Below, in pieces: positions 41,326-57,839 of a stretch of DNA of 64,000 nt. A program made the translations under genes and the position numbers. The notes under the pieces are model-generated. The model made no database searches and was not told the origin of the DNA. It saw only the letters and a list, made by a program, of their open reading frames with translations. The stretch covers positions 40,672,001 through 40,736,000 of the forward strand of contig CM022670.1 of assembly GCA_012295275.1 (NCBI GenBank). The letters run 5' to 3'. Source of the stretch: Chrysomallon squamiferum. Its lineage: Eukaryota; Animalia; Mollusca. Every line of letters begins with the position of its first letter. Position 1 is the first letter of the stretch.

Positions 41326-41669
41326 ATGTATATGTGTATGTATGTATGTACATGTGTATCTATATATGTATGTGTGGATGTGTATATGTGTGTATGTATG
41401 TGTATATGTATGTATGTATGTCTGTCTGTCTGTCTGCCTGTATGTATGTATGTATGTATGTATGTATGTATATGTGTATGTGTATGTATGTATGTATGTA
41501 TATATGTATGTGTGTATGTATGTATATGTGTATATGTATGCATGTATGTAAGAATGTATATAAATAGGTGTATGTGTATATTTTAGTATATGTGCGTATG
41601 TTCGAGTGCATGTGTGTCTGTATCTGTGCGTCTGTCTTTGTGTGTGTGTTTGTGTGTGTGTTTGTGTAG

Positions 41670-41739
<70 letters not shown>

Positions 41740-41740
41740 A
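39850..41740. repeat. Compound low-complexity block: (TAG)n, (AAT)n, degenerate GTA-rich 21-mer repeats (~40480-40580), (TATG)n, (TG)n
   Basis: Directly visible; source of many spurious homopolymeric ORFs. Confidence 0.9.
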
Positions 41741-42456
41741 TTATCTATAGGCGTCTATTTTTAACGCCATATATAGCATTGTTGATACAATGTTACTACA
41801 AACAGTCAAAAAAAAAGAGATAACAGTTGTCATCACAAGGTATTCAAACTCATCGTGCCGTGTGCAAAACTACGTCACAGCGAACATAAACATTCGCGAC
41901 AGCGGGATATTTTTGAATGACGGAGGTGACGAAGGTCGTACCTGTGTTTACATGCAGCAGCCTCAATCTACCCGGTGTGGGTGGTATTTGGGTCACGAAA
42001 ATAGGTTAACCCGCATTTAGAACCCGATAGAATGTATGTATTGACAGGCCTAGAGACGAGCTAATATTTATTTTATTTTATATATAGAGGAGCTGTATTG
42101 AAAAAAGGCTGAGAGTATTTTGAAAGCGGGTATCGCATTCGACGGGTAGATTTACTACGGTCGGGTACCCGGTACAGACGTAGTAAGTGGTTTATCAACA
42201 AACGATGTGTTGTCGTTGAGCTTCAAAGAGAAAAAAAAAAGAATTCTTTGTAATATTAAATATGTGAATTTCAATAAACGAACCATTTTCGTTGATTAAA
42301 TGACTGTGTTACGGATTGGTACACAGGTGTTACGAACAAAAACTTGAAAAAAAACTTTTATCTTTTTAGTGTCACCTGTATTTAGAGAAAATTATCTGTA
42401 ACAGATACGTTCTGTTACTGAATATTTATTTGTTATTTAATACATACATACATACA

Positions 42457-42531
<75 letters not shown>

Positions 42532-44365
42532 TATAGAGAATGAGAGACACAGTGAGAGAGAAAGGTTGAATGTGACAGAGAGAACAAAATTACTGAAATA
42601 AATAGTGAACAGAAAAACGGAGAAATTCAGAGAGAAAAAGAAAGGAACATAAACAAAAAGGTGACACGTGTGTAAACTAATTGAAAAACCCCCAGTAGAA
42701 CCTAATTCATTGAATTATCGATTTACATATATTAGACATACAGGTAAAGTATTAAAATTAAAACGAAAGAACAGAGGACTAATAATTATATGAATTGTTT
42801 AAATGTAATTTTGCACTCAAATAACGCACACACAAACACACAGTTCACATGTGGTGTGATAGGTCTATGGTATAATGCGCAAGTTTGTGTGCGTGTGTGT
42901 TTGTATATATATATACATGTATTATTCGTGTGTACATTTTAATGCATTTACGTGTATGTTGGCGAATTTTCGCATAAGCTGTATTAAGTACCCGTCTAAC
43001 TATATATACATATATATATATTATGAAGTTTTTATGTTACGTCTCACTATTGTCAGTACAGTAACAAATATATTTACGATAGAAATGGAGAACCACTATA
43101 TAATGTATTATTAAAACAGGATAAATCAGTTTTTACATGTTTTGTTTTTATTTGTCATTTAAAGAAAGAAAAAAATACAGTACAAAAACAAACAAATAAA
43201 CAAAAGTACGAAACAGCAAAACCAACAAGCAAAGAACAATACACATCAAACGAAACAATAAACAATAACGGCGACAACTATAACAAAGAAAGAAAAAAAG
43301 AAAGAAAGAAAGAAAGATAAAAACACTCTGAGGTTTATCAATTACAAGTTTCTAAAAACATAATCATATTAAACAGTAATAACAAAAGTTTCTTTAATAG
43401 TTTTAAACAATTAAAAATACAAAAAACCCATCTTCAGATAATGTTTTATCAGAAGTTAGAACATATTATTTGTTTTGAAAATTGTAAAAAAATGTGTGTA
43501 AATTGAATTATTATTATTTAGTTTTTTTTAGTGTAAAAAAATATTTTATCGAATAATTAGATAATACTGATTTATATTAAGAGTAAGATTCTTTTAATTA
43601 AAAAAACCCACAAAAACAACAACAACAACAACAACAGCAACAATAATAATAATAATAATAATAACAATAAAAAGAAACTGCCTATATTTCACGCTTGAAC
43701 AGACGTATAATCGATTTTTCCCGCGTAATCGTTTCATTACATAACAATCGTCTGGTAACAGCGATTTGAGAAAACCTTTCAAGTGTTCTAACGGCGCATG
43801 AAGAATCGAAAGTGAAAAGACAGAGAGAATGAAACGTCGGCATTAACGAGAACACAAATAAGAAAACAGGCAACATTTTGTAGAGCGATTACACACAAAG
43901 GTTGCCAGCCTCGTTGCCAAAACAAACCTTCATCAGTATATAAATATTTATGTTGCCAAAGCATTTACATAGTGCCGCTACTTAATTGACAAATGTGTAT
44001 GTAACACAACATTGATAGACCTATCAAGGCCAATATTTTACTTATGAATAGGCTGAAGTTAGATGTACTTATAAAACTGCTTACCTGTGTGTATCTATTT
44101 TGTTTGAACAGAAAGATATACAGCTTTGAGAATGTAATAAAGATAGGTAGCATAGACAGAAGATTTTGTTATTTCGTTGAGGGAAAATGTTCGCTTAGTG
44201 TTTATAATTTATACAGAACAGATAATTGAATTTTGTGGCGTGCGTTGGTTTTATGTAAATATTTACGTGTGTTGTTATGTGTGTGTTTCTTGGGTTTATC
44301 TTTAAATATTTAATAAAGTAATAAATTAATTTTAAAAAATAATTTAATTTGTTTTTATGTGTGTA

Positions 44366-44414
<49 letters not shown>

Positions 44415-45393
44415 ATATTAAATATAAAATATAATAAGAATTGAATTTTGTTTTGGTTAAAACAGATGTAAAATGTTGAAAATAATATTTTAGGAGAAAG
44501 AAATTCAAATTTAGATTAATAGATTTTTGTTCAGAAATACATATAAAACACAGAGGCAAATCTCGTAAAAACATAAATACGTACACAGATCTATACAGAG
44601 GTAGAAAAATTAATTTTTACTTCAATAGTTAATATTATTCAAAAAAAAAAAAAAAAAAATAAAAAAAAAAAAAAATAAAAAATAAATAAAATAAAATGAA
44701 ATAAAATAATATAAAAAAGATAAATAAATAAAAATAAAAATAATTATAATTATTAATATAATAAAATATATTATTAAAAAAAATAAACTAAAAGACAAAA
44801 AAAAATAATAATAATAAAAATAAAACCAAAAAAGATATTTATTCTACGTCAAAAGTTTCAAACTAATTAAGAATATCAAGTTAGGTGATTCCAGTGAATT
44901 AATTAATTAATTAATTAATAATATTATTATTTTCGAAGGCATGCATTAATTTAATTATTTCTTAATTTTTGAAAATCACTTTTATTTAGATAATTTTCAA
45001 ATGTAACTCATTCTGTGCAAGCAGTCTGTAGACATTGGTAGTTGACCTCAATTAGAGGTCAAACAAGGTGCTGACCTTCTTTTCTTTGAAGTGGATGTTG
45101 GCGAGACAAACAAAGATGGCGGATTGCGGTGAATGTCGTCTGCTTCGGCAAAGAAGCCTACAGAACAAAAATCACATTTGATACACAGACGTCATGTACA
45201 GCTTTTCCTTTGACGTCATCGAAGCATTATCGATGTACTGTTTATTGAACCGATAAATAAAAGTTATTTTTTTTTTTCACTTATGTGTGTGAATATTGAT
45301 TTTTCTTTAGGACATAGGCGTTTTTCTTTCTTTTTTCGTTTTCTTTTTTTTTTTCATCATTCTTTAAACTTTTTTTTATCTTCACGATTTAAA

Positions 45394-45436
<43 letters not shown>

Positions 45437-46275
45437 CTGTATTTTATTTGCAATGGAAAGTATTAATTAAAAAGTAACGTAAATAAAAAACGAAAACAAA
45501 AACGAGAATTCTCCATTTGTTATTATTATTATTATTTTTTTTTAATCAAGGAAACTCGAGAAAATAAAATGAATAAGTCAATAAAATATTTATCACCTTA
45601 ACAAAAACGCCTGCAGAGTGAGAAGGTGCGGGACTGCCAATGCGAGCCTACGCGAATGCACTAAAGCCGAATTCTTACGTGACAATCCTACGAAACAACC
45701 TGCAACGGTGCGTAATCACGACATAAATCGAGAAAACGTTAGTGACAAACGTCCAGTTAAAACGGTGCTTTAGCTTACATGTATTTGACCTTGTAGGCCG
45801 GAAATAACCCGTTGTGACGGTGCACATTTTATGATAAAACGAGGATTGTCGACTCTCTTTCTTTTTTGTGATGTAACAGTCGGACGATTTGCTGTGACGT
45901 CAGAGCGGGTGTTAGACTTTGAAGTCCAGACGATACGAGGCGCGTGACATTTCCTCTATTGTTGAAGACGTATCAAAATGGCCGGAAAAACGATCACGAA
46001 AGGATTGACAGTTCTTTAATTCTGCAAGGAAGCAATTAGCCACGTTCTTGTTGTGACTGTTTGCACACTGTTTGGCTGGGTGCAGGTGACGGAGCTGGTG
46101 GTACGCTACCTACCCGAAATACTTTTCCAGAAACGGATGTATCCCTTCCGTGAAATGATGAACCTGCATGTGGAGGTGGATGTGACAAATGATCTATCTG
46201 ATTTTTTTTTTTAAAGTTCTGTCTTTACCAACGTGAACTTGGTTATTAGTTCATGAATGATGATGATGATGATGA

Positions 46276-46310
<35 letters not shown>

Positions 46311-47665
46311 ATCTGGAAAAGAAGATTAAAAACTACAGAAAATTTACCCCTTTATATCAGTATTAATCTTCATCCATGACACTTGCTCTTAACTGTATAC
46401 AAATGACTGAAAATGATTAGATTATATATATATATATATACACATACAAGAAAATTAAAAATTAATTATAATTATATACGAAACAATGACACCTTTAACA
46501 TGTCGCAATAAGAAACATTGCAACAGTAACAACAATAACAACAACACAAACAATAATAATAAAAATAAATAAAATGCAAAATAAAAACAGAAACAACAAC
46601 ACAACAACAACAAAAAACACAACAGTTTATTTTAACGCTTCTTCTTAAGAAGAATAAAACGAACCTAAAAATCTTGCACTATTTTCACTTTTTCTCTGAT
46701 TTATTAATTCAAAGCAGAAGTTCTGAATATTGTAATCATAATTTAAAAAAAAGTAAAAAAGATGAATGTGCATAAAACCTACATACATACAAATAGATAT
46801 GTACATACGTTCGAACGTACATAGATGCACACGTACAAACGATACGTAGATGCATAAATACACACAGACACACACACAAACACACACACAGAAACACACA
46901 CACACAGAGTATTAAAAATACAGAGTATCAAAAATAAGCCAGAAAATTATTTTTCTTCAAAAACAATCAAAACTTAAATAAATAAATAAAATGCTCCTCC
47001 ATCGGATTATACCAAAAGACGTAGCCAAGTGTCTGCATTCAGGTTTATGGGAAAGTTGAATCTCGACAGACAAATAGTGTCAATTTAAATGCTAATAAGA
47101 TCTGAAAAAACCCAGTTAATATTTACTTATTAATTACTTCGTGTTGAAACAAAATTTTAAAAACTTTTTTTTTTTTTTTTAATAGGCATTGCTTCTTTAT
47201 GGAAAGAAAATGTGAACGATTTTTAAACTTTAAACATTCGTTTTTTTATCAGAATTTAAAAAAGAAATTAAATTCTATATTTCCTGCGTGTGTTCGATAC
47301 GATTTCTAAATTAAAACTCGTGTTGTTCCGGCCCGCGGTTCCGGTTGACCCCCTCTGCTAGGTTTTTTCTTTTGTATGTGTCTTCGCGCACGTAATCGTT
47401 ACATCATTATTAATATCCGTGGAATTTCTTTTTACATGCACGAGATATTGTATACTCGGTCACGTGACACCTTCTGGCGATGCCCTTTTGACCTGCTGCA
47501 TGGGAAAGTTGCCGAAAAGCGGCAGACGCCATTCATTAAAGGAATGAGAGTGAGAGTTAAAAGACTAAATATTTACGTCGGTTGCTAAGAGTGTGTGGAA
47601 GAAATAAATAATTGTTGTAAAATGGTGCATTGGTGTGTGTCTGTATAATGTATGAATGTGTTTAT

Positions 47666-47711
<46 letters not shown>

Positions 47712-47885
47712 CGCGCACGTGCATATACCTATGTGTAAATGAGTGTTGTAATGTGTATGTTTATGTATATAATGTCTGAAACAATACGTGTGTAATAAAA
47801 TTCGAATAACAATTTAAATATAAAATGAAGTTTATATGATTGGCTGTCTGACTTCCTTTGCTGTCTGTCTCTCTCTCTCTAGGTT

Positions 47886-47969
<84 letters not shown>

Positions 47970-50526
47970 CTCCCTCCCTCTGTGTATTATTAAATAACAA
48001 AATTAATATTAGTTACAGGTAATTCTCAAACACAAAAGCATGTCCTTAAATTTAAATTTAAATTTAATTTTAGAGGCGTTTTCCTCTTACACGCTTTTTA
48101 AAAGAAATTCTTTCTTTCTTAGGTTTGTCAAATCTCTTTAAATACATCGTCGTGACACTGAAAAAGGATCCGATGTAAAAATATAACACGAAGAAGATTT
48201 AGTGGGGTTTTTCGCTTTTTTTTTTTTTGTAGAACTAGGAAGCGATTGTTTTCGCTTTTGTCTTTGAAACGTGTGATGTTGTTTGTGCTGTCAACACTCC
48301 GCCACATTCTCAACATCGACGTCGTCGTGTACATTGGAACGGAGGACGACAATTTCAATGTCAGATAAAATCAAACATTAATTCTTTAGGAGAGCTTTGG
48401 CTGTATTTCGGGAGAAAGACTTAGCAAGTTGTCTCTGATGGTTTATTTTTAAATCGTGTGAAAAGTGTAAAATTGAGGTGTTGCTTTGTTACCCATGTTT
48501 TAATTATACTTGCACTGAGATTATTCGGTTTTTCATAACTACCTACTTAGTGTAATTTCTGTTGGAACAAAATCCCCCCCCCCAAAAAACATCTTTCTTT
48601 AGATTTTTTTTTTTTTTTTTTTTTTTTTTAACTGATTTATCACTGTGAAAGACACTGCGTATTATTGTCACAGTAATGCACTTATTTATCTTTTAGTCTT
48701 AAGCGTGTACTTAAATGCACCCACAGAAGATAATGCCCACACACACTGTCGTAAATGCATAATATACATATAAATGTACACAGAAATCTCTCACGAAATG
48801 CAGTAGATGAAGACACCAGATATTATTATACCCGCGTGTACTGAAAAACCGTGGTACGGAAAAATGGACACAGACAGCACAAAGTATACACTTAAAATAC
48901 ACAATAAAAAAATACACATACAAAATTCATATTATGCTTATACACACAAAAATCATTATACAAAAAACAATGGAAACACTTATATACACATATTAATAAT
49001 CACTGTGACAAATTAATTATTTTAGTTCATCACTGACTGATTTTCAGTTTTCTATTGTTTAAATATAACAAAAATACATAAAATATCCAACAAATTAATT
49101 GTCTTCTGAAGGTGAATTTTTCACTCGGGAAATATTAGTAAAATGTAAATCTCATAGCATAATCTCTGTACAATCGTTCATGTGACAGAACGAAACACAG
49201 ACATTTAGCAGTGAAAAGTGTAATATGTACATGTAATCACCCGAACATAATTACACTTACATGAATGTTATAAATTCAGTAGACTGCTCGGTTTGAAAGG
49301 ACAGTGACACTGTAATCACCGACTGTACAATAATAAGAGACACTAGGGACGGATCTAGTATTTCAAGCAAAGGGATGTTACGTCGTTTTGGTGGGACATA
49401 GGTTTTAAAAACAAAAATTACTCGAGAAATTAATTAACTTGTCTATTTTACATCTCATTTGAACTAAATGTAAAACAGCACACTGTAATAATACACTCTA
49501 AAATATGTAAAAAAAAAGTTTCTTCGAAATAAAATAAAAAAAAAAATAAAAAAAAAAAAGGGTGCGATTCAAGTATGATAGGCCCTAAATGCTCAGGTAG
49601 AAATAATATTCCATGTTTAACCTTCCAGTAACATTCCGTTCTCATTTTAAAGCAGACACATCGTCTACAGTTTTAGAAAGAACGATTGTCTTGTGGTGTG
49701 TATATATAGTAACTTATGTTGTTATGCCCTTTGTGTTTCATGAGCAGATAATCCAAAATAGATCACAATAGCTGCCTGTGTTTATTAACAACGACTAAGA
49801 AGGTTCAAAATCTACAGTGTGTAGTAAATCACAATTCATGATCTTGTTGAAAGTATATTTAATTATTATTATATTAATATCAATCTTCACATGATGATGT
49901 TCTGTTTTTTTTATTTTTGTTTGTTGTTGTTGTTATTTAAAATATATATAATCTTTTGTACTTATTTTAGATCTACGTGTGTGTGGGTGAATACAATTTT
50001 TTTTTTTTTAACAGCAACAAGAAACGAAAAAAAAGAACTATATATATATATTTGTATAATCTTTTGAACTTATTTTAGATCTATAAAAAAGAAGAAGAAA
50101 AAAATCAAGCTATAGGCTTTTTCTTGATATAACCTTAACACTGGCTATGCTACCATAATAGACAGAATAAACAGAATAAAAAAACTGATGATAAAAGGTT
50201 TATATCTGGCTTCACATATCAACTGAGCTCTCTGTACTTCTATTTCTTTTCTTTTCTTTTCTTTCTTTCTTTTCTTTCTTTCTTTTTTCTTTGAATTATG
50301 CACTCATTCTCTCTTCCTTTCTCTTTATTATTTTGTCTCTTTCTGATCTGTTAGAGAAAATCTTTTTGTAATAAATCAGAAATCAAAACGAGCAATTAAA
50401 CTTTGGGAGAAAATAGTAGCATAACTGCAACAACGACAACGATGAAGAGATGATAATTATTATAACAAAAATATTAACAGTAATAATAATAATATAATAT
50501 AATAATAATAATAATAATAATAATTA

Positions 50527-50563
<37 letters not shown>

Positions 50564-50601
50564 TAATATAATATAATATAATAACAATAATAATTAATGT
50601 A

Positions 50602-50648
<47 letters not shown>

Positions 50649-51330
50649 TAAGGACAATAATAATAATAATAATAATAAATAATAACAATAATAACAATAA
50701 TAACAATAATAAACGGACTCTCGTTCTTTATTAAACACAAGATGGATGTTCGAGTCGTCTGCATTACATTGCTGATACTGCTATCTACACTTCACTCTTT
50801 GTTTGCGAGCAACCTGCCTCAGTGTCAACATCAGAGCGACTCGTGACGTATCAGCGGACTCAGCTTGCTTATATAGCGGCTAATTCTGTCCCACCAGTCA
50901 ACCAGTGCAGACGTCGATTAGCAGGATCTCATGACACCTTTTTTTTTTTCTCTTTTCTTTTTTTATTATTATTTTTATTGCCGTTACGGCTACGCTAGTT
51001 GTTTTTTTTTTGAAAAAGAAACGACCCGATTTCCCGATGCGGATATGTTTACATGTTTATCAGCGACGGCTTCAAGGGTGTTGAAAAGTGTGTCTTCAGC
51101 AGTTCAGTTCCTTGAATGGAGGGGGGGGGGATCTAAGCCGCGCGCTGTGATTGGTGGAAAATATCAAATATGCTATACAGATGTTAATAGCTGAATATGT
51201 TACAATAGAATGATAAATATCTTTTTGTGCATGTTATTACTGATTAAAAAAAGAAAAAAAAAAAAAAAAAAAGTTGATTTATGTTAACCGTTAAAACTTT
51301 TCGACAAATTTAGAATCTTTTTTCTTTATA

Positions 51331-51376
<46 letters not shown>

Positions 51377-53528
51377 AGAGTGAGGGAAAAAAAAAAAATA
51401 ATAATACGAAAGTAATAAAATTAAATTAAATAAAAATAAATAAATAAAGGCTTTTTAAAAGTGTTTTTTTTTTTTTTTTTTTAACAACATGTAGCATACT
51501 GCACTGTATACTGCTCATAAAGGTATTCAGACATCTTTCTTATCACCTGTCTAGATCCGTCCCTTCGTTATTGTCGCAGTCTTCAAACCGTTTTAAACAT
51601 CTACTACGACAGGTTAAAACAAATATGAAGATGTGTTTAAAACCGCATTAAATTGGTTTTAAAAGGAGAAGAAAAGAGTTTGAATAAATAAGGGGTTGGG
51701 TGGAGCGGGTTCAAACTTACTTTGCTGATCAAAATGTCAGATATACTTAAAACTACATTACGTCTTAAGTTTGAAAACAAATTTCAAATACAAAGATCAC
51801 ACACACACAAAAAAAAATGTTTTATTTATGTGGCCTTTTCAAAAGCCTTGACACAATATGTAAATGTTATGATACTAACACATGCACATACAGTTAATAA
51901 ATAAGAAGCAATTAGAAGTTCGAAAAATAGATTTCGCCTTGAAATGTTTTTTTTTTTTCCAAGAACTCAAAGAAAAAATAAAATATAGTAAAAATAGAAC
52001 AAGATGCAAAAACACTTTGATTTGTAACTGCATAGTTAACATTTTGATAAAAGTAGAATTACAATTATTTATTTAAAAAATATATTTACATCGAGTTTAG
52101 TTAATGACGTATTTATTTAAAAATATACATAAACCACGAGTTCAGTTAATCATATATTTATTTACTTTATCTCGAGTATTGATATACATAGTCAGATAGG
52201 CTTCTTCGTTGAACATTTCAAACAAAAACTTTTAATTTACTTGTCTGACTTTCATAGGTTTGATTTTCAGATTGCAATTGTTCTATATTTATAAACCACC
52301 ACCACGACACCGACAACAACAGCAACAATAAAAACAAAAACAACATTGCAACAGCGGCATCACGCAAACCCTTCCACCGACAGATTTATTTTTATTGTAA
52401 AAAACTGTTTACAAGACAACAGTAACACGAAAGACTGTTTAGTCTGTTACAAGTGTATTTACAGCGAGTCATATCTGCCTTTGTGAAAATGTTTAAAATG
52501 AAATTACAGTCTTCTGTGTTTCCCGTTCCAGGTTAAATCGGTAGCGTGGGAAAGGCGATTCACAATTATAAAAATAAATGTTGATGCTTCTTTTCTTCCT
52601 TTTTTTTTTTTTATACGTTCGTTCACTCTCTCTTTCTCTTGTTCTGAAACAATCATCATCTGCGTGAACGCGAATGTAAGTCTTGATGTATCTGCCTTCG
52701 TTGCTTGCCTCTACGTAAAAAAAAACCCCAAACGTTTTGAACTGCAGTGCATTAACTTGGTAACCACCTAACAACCTCCTAAAGGAATGTCGCATACTTA
52801 TTTTCTGACAAGCTAACAGGAATTTTTACCTGCCGCAGTTTAATTAAAGGTAAAAACACCAATTTACGCAGATCACGTTAGACAAATATAAAACGTTCCC
52901 ATGAAACGGGTGCTTTTTTTTTTTTTTTGACAGAGGCAACAGAACATTGGAAACTGAGTCGAAATAAAAAAAAAGTGATTTCCAGTCAGAAGAGATACAC
53001 TCGACCTTTTCTTCACGAAATGGTTAAGAAAGTTTAATCAAATAAGCACTTGTCAGATTGTGCAATGGAATCTTTGAGTTTCCCATCACGCAAAAATCAA
53101 CGGAGTTAATGTCACCATCGGTAACAGGTGTCTCTGCAATAGATGATTATATCTCCCCCCGTCCCTTCGCTAGTTTTAACGGCGATGCTAGAGTTCGGTG
53201 CTAGTGTTGTTGTCCGGATTAGTAACCAGCTGTTAGTAATTTTATTCTTCTATAAAACTTAATAGAATCTTGCCCGAGATCAATTAAGTCCGAAAAAAAG
53301 ATTTTAATTTAACTAAACGAAAGCGTGTGTTGGTAACCCAGAATCACCGTGGTGTAATGTCGTCTGCTAGCGTCGTTTGCCTGTTAACGTGATGATTCCA
53401 AATTAACAATTCAAATGGCGGATAAAAGTCTTTTTGACATTTAAACATGTGTAAAAATATTCTGATACTGTATAATATTAATAAGTTTAGATAATATATT
53501 TAAACTGAAAATTGCTTTTCTTATTTTA

Positions 53529-53628
<100 letters not shown>

Positions 53629-54927
53629 TTTTAAATGATTTATTATTATTTACTTATTTGTTTATTTTTAAATAAAGATTTGGAATACTAGGTATTTCAA
53701 TAAATAGTTTTGTGTAGGATGATGTCTTTGCTCTCAAAACAAACAATCAAACAAAAACAAAAACAAAAACAAAACAAACAAAAGAAGAAGAAGAAGAAGA
53801 AATGATAGCGAGACAATAAAACAAAATAAAACAACAGCAACAACAAAAAAAATTCATTTTATTACTACAAACACAGCCAGATGCAGCAATTTTTAATATA
53901 AATAATAAAAACCATGAAGGCTCGTTTTTATTTGAAATTCAAAACAGTTCCGTGCTTCCCGCCATTTTGGAATCGCGTGGACACCGTTTTACTTTAATTT
54001 GCGTTACCTTAGCGACACAAAAACGTAACATGTGGCATTGTGGTTAATGTACACCCACGATATTCACCGGTTTCGTGTTTACACTACAACTATGTGTTCA
54101 CAGCAGCTCAGCAACGGAGCTCTATTAATATCAAACGTATCACGTGATGTGTAATATAAACATTTTATACATAGCTCCGTTATCGTAATAATATCATTAG
54201 ACATTTTAATTTTTATTTATTTATTTATATATGCATTTTTTTTTTAAATGTTGAAGTTATAAATGACTATAAATACAGATTGTTGACATAATTCTACTAG
54301 AGTATTTATTTTTGTTAGACAATACGGGACAGACTTGAAACTGTTTTTTTTATATTTATATTTTAAAGGTTATGGTAACCGTTTTTCTTTTTCTAGTAAA
54401 TTATAAAATTAGAAATTTGTTCCGTTACAAATAATGGGATACAGAAAACAATGCATATTTTAGATATGAATAGAGATACATATGTATGTCTGTATGTATG
54501 TCTGCATGTATGTATGTATGCCTGTTTGTATGTATGTACGTATTTATATATGCATGTGTATGTATTTAGGTATGTATTTAGGTATGTATTTATATATGTG
54601 TTCGTATGTTCATAACTGTACGTGTGTTAGAGAGACAGATAGTCTCAGAGAGAAAGAGAGAGAGAGAGAAAGAAAGAGAGAGAAATACTGTTATATGATG
54701 CTGATATATTGCTATGCCCTATGATATGATCACGTGCTGTGCACGCGATGCATTGATTAGATTAAGAAAGAAAAAATTCAGGGTATTGTGACACGTGTAG
54801 GATGACGTAACTGGGTGGTTTGAAAACGTATCTTTTACATATTTATAAACTTTGGGATAGGAAGGAAATTTCCTCTTGTCCACCCGCAGAGTTATACTCA
54901 CGCCTACCCATGTTAGATACAACGATA

Positions 54928-54962
<35 letters not shown>

Positions 54963-55636
54963 ATAATAATAATAATACCAATAATAATAATAATAATAAT
55001 AACAACAACAACAACAACAACAAATTAATAATAAACTGAATGAATGAAACAATATTTAAAAAATTATAATAAAGCAATATTAAGAAATTTTAAAACTTTA
55101 AAATAAAAAAAACGTATATATTTATTTTATACAAAACATAGTAGCTTTATCTGTTTGGTAACAGGGATAATATTGCTTTTCCATATGCAATAAAACATTT
55201 TTTTTTTTTTAAAACACAAGAAGAGAAGAAAGAAGAAAAAGAAAAAAGGTTACAGACACATAAACACAGATAACAGTTATACTTAGAAGTTTTATCAAAG
55301 ATTAAAAATCTCATGTGGTATTTTTATACAGATTTATATGTCAGCTTCTGCTTAACCAGAATTTCCAGAGTGCGATTAATGAAAGAAACTCTGACGTCAG
55401 CAGGCTACGAAAAGTGTCGAAGAATTCCGAGTTTCCGAGAAACCTAGCTATTCCATTAAAACAGGGGATTAGTTTACATATTTCTAAAAAGATGTTTCTA
55501 AACCTGATTGTCTTGTTGGCTGCTCAAACTTCACATTAGAAGACCTTTGATGCTGACATCTAAACAAATATAAATAGAGTACGCCACTGAAGGTGAAGGT
55601 TAAACACGATCCGATTCTTTTGCGTTTTTCATGACG

Positions 55637-55698
<62 letters not shown>

Positions 55699-55857
55699 AT
55701 AAAAATAAAAATAAGAAGACAATAAATTATTACTACACTTAAAGAATTAGGTAACAAACAAATAATTAAAATTTATTAGTAATGTTTTGCTTGAATTAAA
55801 CAAGACTAGATGACTATTTTAATACCCTTCAACTTAATCAAATAAGAAGGAGAAATG

Positions 55858-55916
<59 letters not shown>

Positions 55917-56532
55917 ATTATTTTATTTATAATTATTATTTATTTTCTTTTTTTTAAATTATTATTATAATTATAATTATTATTTTTTTGACAACTTCAG
56001 TGAATATTTGATTAACACAAGTCTCAGAGGCTCTGGCTGGAACGGGAAAATAATCAATACATTTTCTATGGACTTCAACTTATTTGGTCCTTGCATATCA
56101 TAGTAAGAAAGTTTTATGGTAAAAGTGTATTTTTATATTAAATAAACTAGACTGTTTATAATAACTGGTTAAAAATAGACCAGGTTATTTTTAGCTTCTG
56201 CACTACGGTATATCTTGTAGTTCGGATTGGTATACTAATAAATATTACTCTGGTATATTCTTTTTGTCTATGCTATATAATATGTAAACGTATGTAGATC
56301 AGTTTAATATGAATCTATCAAACGGTCAGGTAACATTATAATTATTTATAACCTATGGGGATCATGTTAAATTGTATTATTAGCTATAGTAATGAAACAG
56401 TTGCTGACGTCATTGTAGCATATTAAATTTCGAATCTTTAAATTACAGCAAAATTATGATAATGAAGATTTGTAATACATGTTAACAATAATCATTTTGA
56501 TGACGATGATGATAATAATAATTAAAATAGTA

Positions 56533-56584
<52 letters not shown>

Positions 56585-56834
56585 AAACAGATTAAAAGAA
56601 ATAATGAAAAATAATGTTAAATAAAAAATAATCCAAGAAGAAGAAAATATTTTGATTAACAAACAATGTAAGCATATTCTTCTGTCAAATACTATTTTGT
56701 CTTTCGTTACAGTCGTTGCATTGCAGGTTGGAATCGTGGCGAAGTGGTATGATGATACCTGAAGCTAAATTTGGCAGTAGGAAGTTTCAGATGGCATAAA
56801 AAGAAGGTAAACGTCAAAAGGTAGTCATGCAAAG

Positions 56835-56882
<48 letters not shown>

Positions 56883-57019
56883 ACATATACACACACACAC
56901 ATATATATTTGTCCATATAAAATCCAAAATTATTATTTTATTTTACGATAATGCTTTTGTCAAACGTAACAATATAACGATTAAATATTTTTTAAATAAC
57001 GTATTAAATAATAATAATA

Positions 57020-57065
<46 letters not shown>

Positions 57066-57080
57066 GTAGTAGTAGTAGTA

Positions 57081-57128
<48 letters not shown>

Positions 57129-57839
57129 TTAGTGATAATTATATTTTTTCCAGTCATCTAAAGTGATATTTATTTCTAAATAATATCAAAATTGTTCATT
57201 AAATTACTTATGTTTTTCTTTCATATTTATCTATCTATATATATACACACATACACAGACATAAATAATTAAGAAATATAATAAAATAAATTTGCTAAGA
57301 AAATTAGAAAAAAAAATAATTTGTCTGTCATTATATATAATTTGTAAAAATATAATTTAATGTAATAAAAAATAATAACAATAATAATAATAAAAAAATA
57401 AAAATAATAATAATAATAAATAATAATAATAATAAACAAACGAACAAACAATAAAAATATATTTCAGTTTCCTTGCTTGTGTTCATGAAGTTCTGATAAC
57501 TGTTATTAAGAACACGAACGAAATTTATTAAATGATTGTAGTACTAATAGTAGTGGTAGGTAGTGGTAGTAGTAGCAGTAGCAGTAGTAGCAGCAGTAGT
57601 GGGAGTAATGATAATAATAATAATATTAATAATTCAGAAGTTCACAAGTTAAACGACCTGTGTTATTTATAACTATGACTTGTTTCCGTGTGACATACGA
57701 GCTGTATCACACCACTCGCTTCATCTTATTTACTGATATTTCGCGCAAACAAGTCCCGCATCACATGCAAAAACATTAGAAGAATGTAAAAATCCGGGGC
57801 CTCGATTCAAATTAAAACAAGTACATGTTATTGACAAGC

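Noticed and set aside
37268-41823. Many ORFs with poly-N/I/Y/L or CV/HT repeats
   Set aside because: Translations of (AAT)n, (TAG)n, (TG)n and (TATG)n microsatellites.
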